Both the position numbers and the translations under genes were made by a program. The notes beneath the pieces were generated by a model, which was not told the DNA's origin, made no database searches, and saw only the letters and a program-made list of their open reading frames with translations. Shown one piece after another: positions 63,303-64,000 of a stretch of DNA of 64,000 nt. How positions within the stretch are numbered: position 1 is the stretch's first letter; each line of letters begins with the position of its first letter. The DNA comes from Bacteroidales bacterium (lineage in GTDB: Bacteria; Bacteroidota; Bacteroidia; Bacteroidales; NBLH01), in NCBI GenBank assembly GCA_050296515.1, contig JBNKRJ010000138.1, positions 31,677 through 95,676 on the forward strand, read 5' to 3'.

Positions 63303-63414
63303 ATTTTAGTATATTAGATTATTGGTATATTAGAAATTAGAACTTGAAAGTAAAGAATTTTTAATCTAATGTTTTCGCGAAAATAGCGAGTTCGAATACA
63401 CTAATTTCAAAGTT

Positions 63415-64000
63415 CTAAAATGGCATTCTTGCCATAGGTGCAACATCCTGCCCTACAAATTCTTTCTGCAAATACTTATAATAACCAGTAATAGCAATCA
63501 TAGCAGCATTATCAGTTGTAAATTTAAAAGGAGGAATATATACATTTAATTTCATTTTTTTTCCTAACTCTGTTACGGCATTTCTTAACCCCGAATTGGC
63601 CGAAACACCACCAGCAATGGCCACATCTTTCACTCCTGTTTGTTTGACTGCCAGTTTTAGTTTATCCATTAGAATATCGACAATGGTAAATTGTAATGAA
63701 GCACATAAGTCATTCATATTCTGCTTAATAAAATCAGGATTCTCTTTAATATTATCACGAATAAAATAGAGAAACGCTGTCTTAAAACCACTATAACTAT
63801 AGTCCAAATCTTTGATTCTGGGTTTTGTAAACTTAAATGCCTTTGGATTTCCTTCCTTTGCATTTTTATCAATTAGTGGCCCACCAGGATAAGGCAATCC
63901 CATTGTTTTTGCACATTTATCAAATGCTTCTCCAGCCGCATCATCAATAGTTTCACCAATAGTTTCCATGTCAAAATAATTCTTGACTAATATGATCTGG
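63415..64000 (-). CDS. tsaD: tRNA N6-adenosine threonylcarbamoyltransferase TsaD (C-terminal part; N-terminus beyond the window)
   Basis: GETIDDAAGEAFDKCAKTMGLPYPGGP and AIAGGVSANSGLR are TsaD/Kae1 motifs. The frame stays open to position 64000. Confidence 0.9.
   Translation of the reverse strand, partial: QIILVKNYFDMETIGETIDDAAGEAFDKCAKTMGLPYPGGPLIDKNAKEGNPKAFKFTKPRIKDLDYSYSGFKTAFLYFIRDNIKENPDFIKQNMNDLCASLQFTIVDILMDKLKLAVKQTGVKDVAIAGGVSANSGLRNAVTELGKKMKLNVYIPPFKFTTDNAAMIAITGYYKYLQKEFVGQDVAPMARMPF

Noticed and set aside
63371-63400. tRNA-like T-arm string (gcgagttcgaatac) and the ttttcgcgaaaa palindrome between the thioesterase gene and tsaD. A similar ggttcgaat string occurs at 16052-16060.
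   Set aside because: No acceptor, anticodon or D-arm can be built around either string. They are isolated short matches.

Overview
This is a low-GC (roughly 35%) chromosomal segment with the hallmarks of a Bacteroidota genome: a SusC/SusD pair, T9SS C-terminal sorting domains, many lipoprotein signals, and TAnnTTTG-type -7 promoter boxes. I recognised no rRNA, tRNA, CRISPR array, integrase or transposase. About half the window is one large starch/maltodextrin utilisation region. It has three parts: (1) a minus-strand set of MFS sugar transporter, beta-phosphoglucomutase, GH65 maltose phosphorylase and three GH13 enzymes (3900-13846); (2) a LacI-family regulator (14601-15653) with three near-identical TGCAAACGTTTRCGAA operator-like sites; (3) a plus-strand PUL of susC, susD, susE-like, susF-like, a GH13 lipoprotein and a GH13 carrying a T9SS C-terminal domain (16196-28696). 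The remaining genes are a TldD/PmbA pair, PntAB transhydrogenase, DPP-IV, a lipoprotein/small secreted protein/1036-aa ABCG-type transporter cluster, a SiaB/SiaC-like kinase-phosphoprotein pair, PnuC/NadR-kinase/THUMP methyltransferase, an S41 protease, NhaD, an outer-membrane barrel, a RelA-type RSH, a four-helix-bundle protein, a flavin reductase, a propeller/Y_Y_Y sensor fused to a PP2C (SpoIIE) phosphatase, an aminotransferase relic, Fic, a thioesterase and partial TsaD. The most unusual feature is the 1.1-kb ORF-free stretch at 2800-3900. It holds four tandem small-RNA-like units, each with its own TAnnTTTG box, a conserved U/G-rich body and a GC hairpin terminator, and the stem differences between copies are compensatory. 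Secondary candidates are: an orphan SiaB/SiaC-like partner-switch module with a distant sensor-PP2C phosphatase; a Fic gene bracketed by ACGGTAAA-core palindromes next to a truncated gene; and a dense convergent array of TAAGGTT/AACCTTA heptamers in a 700-bp intergenic region. All functional calls rest on motif recognition by eye, since no searches could be run.
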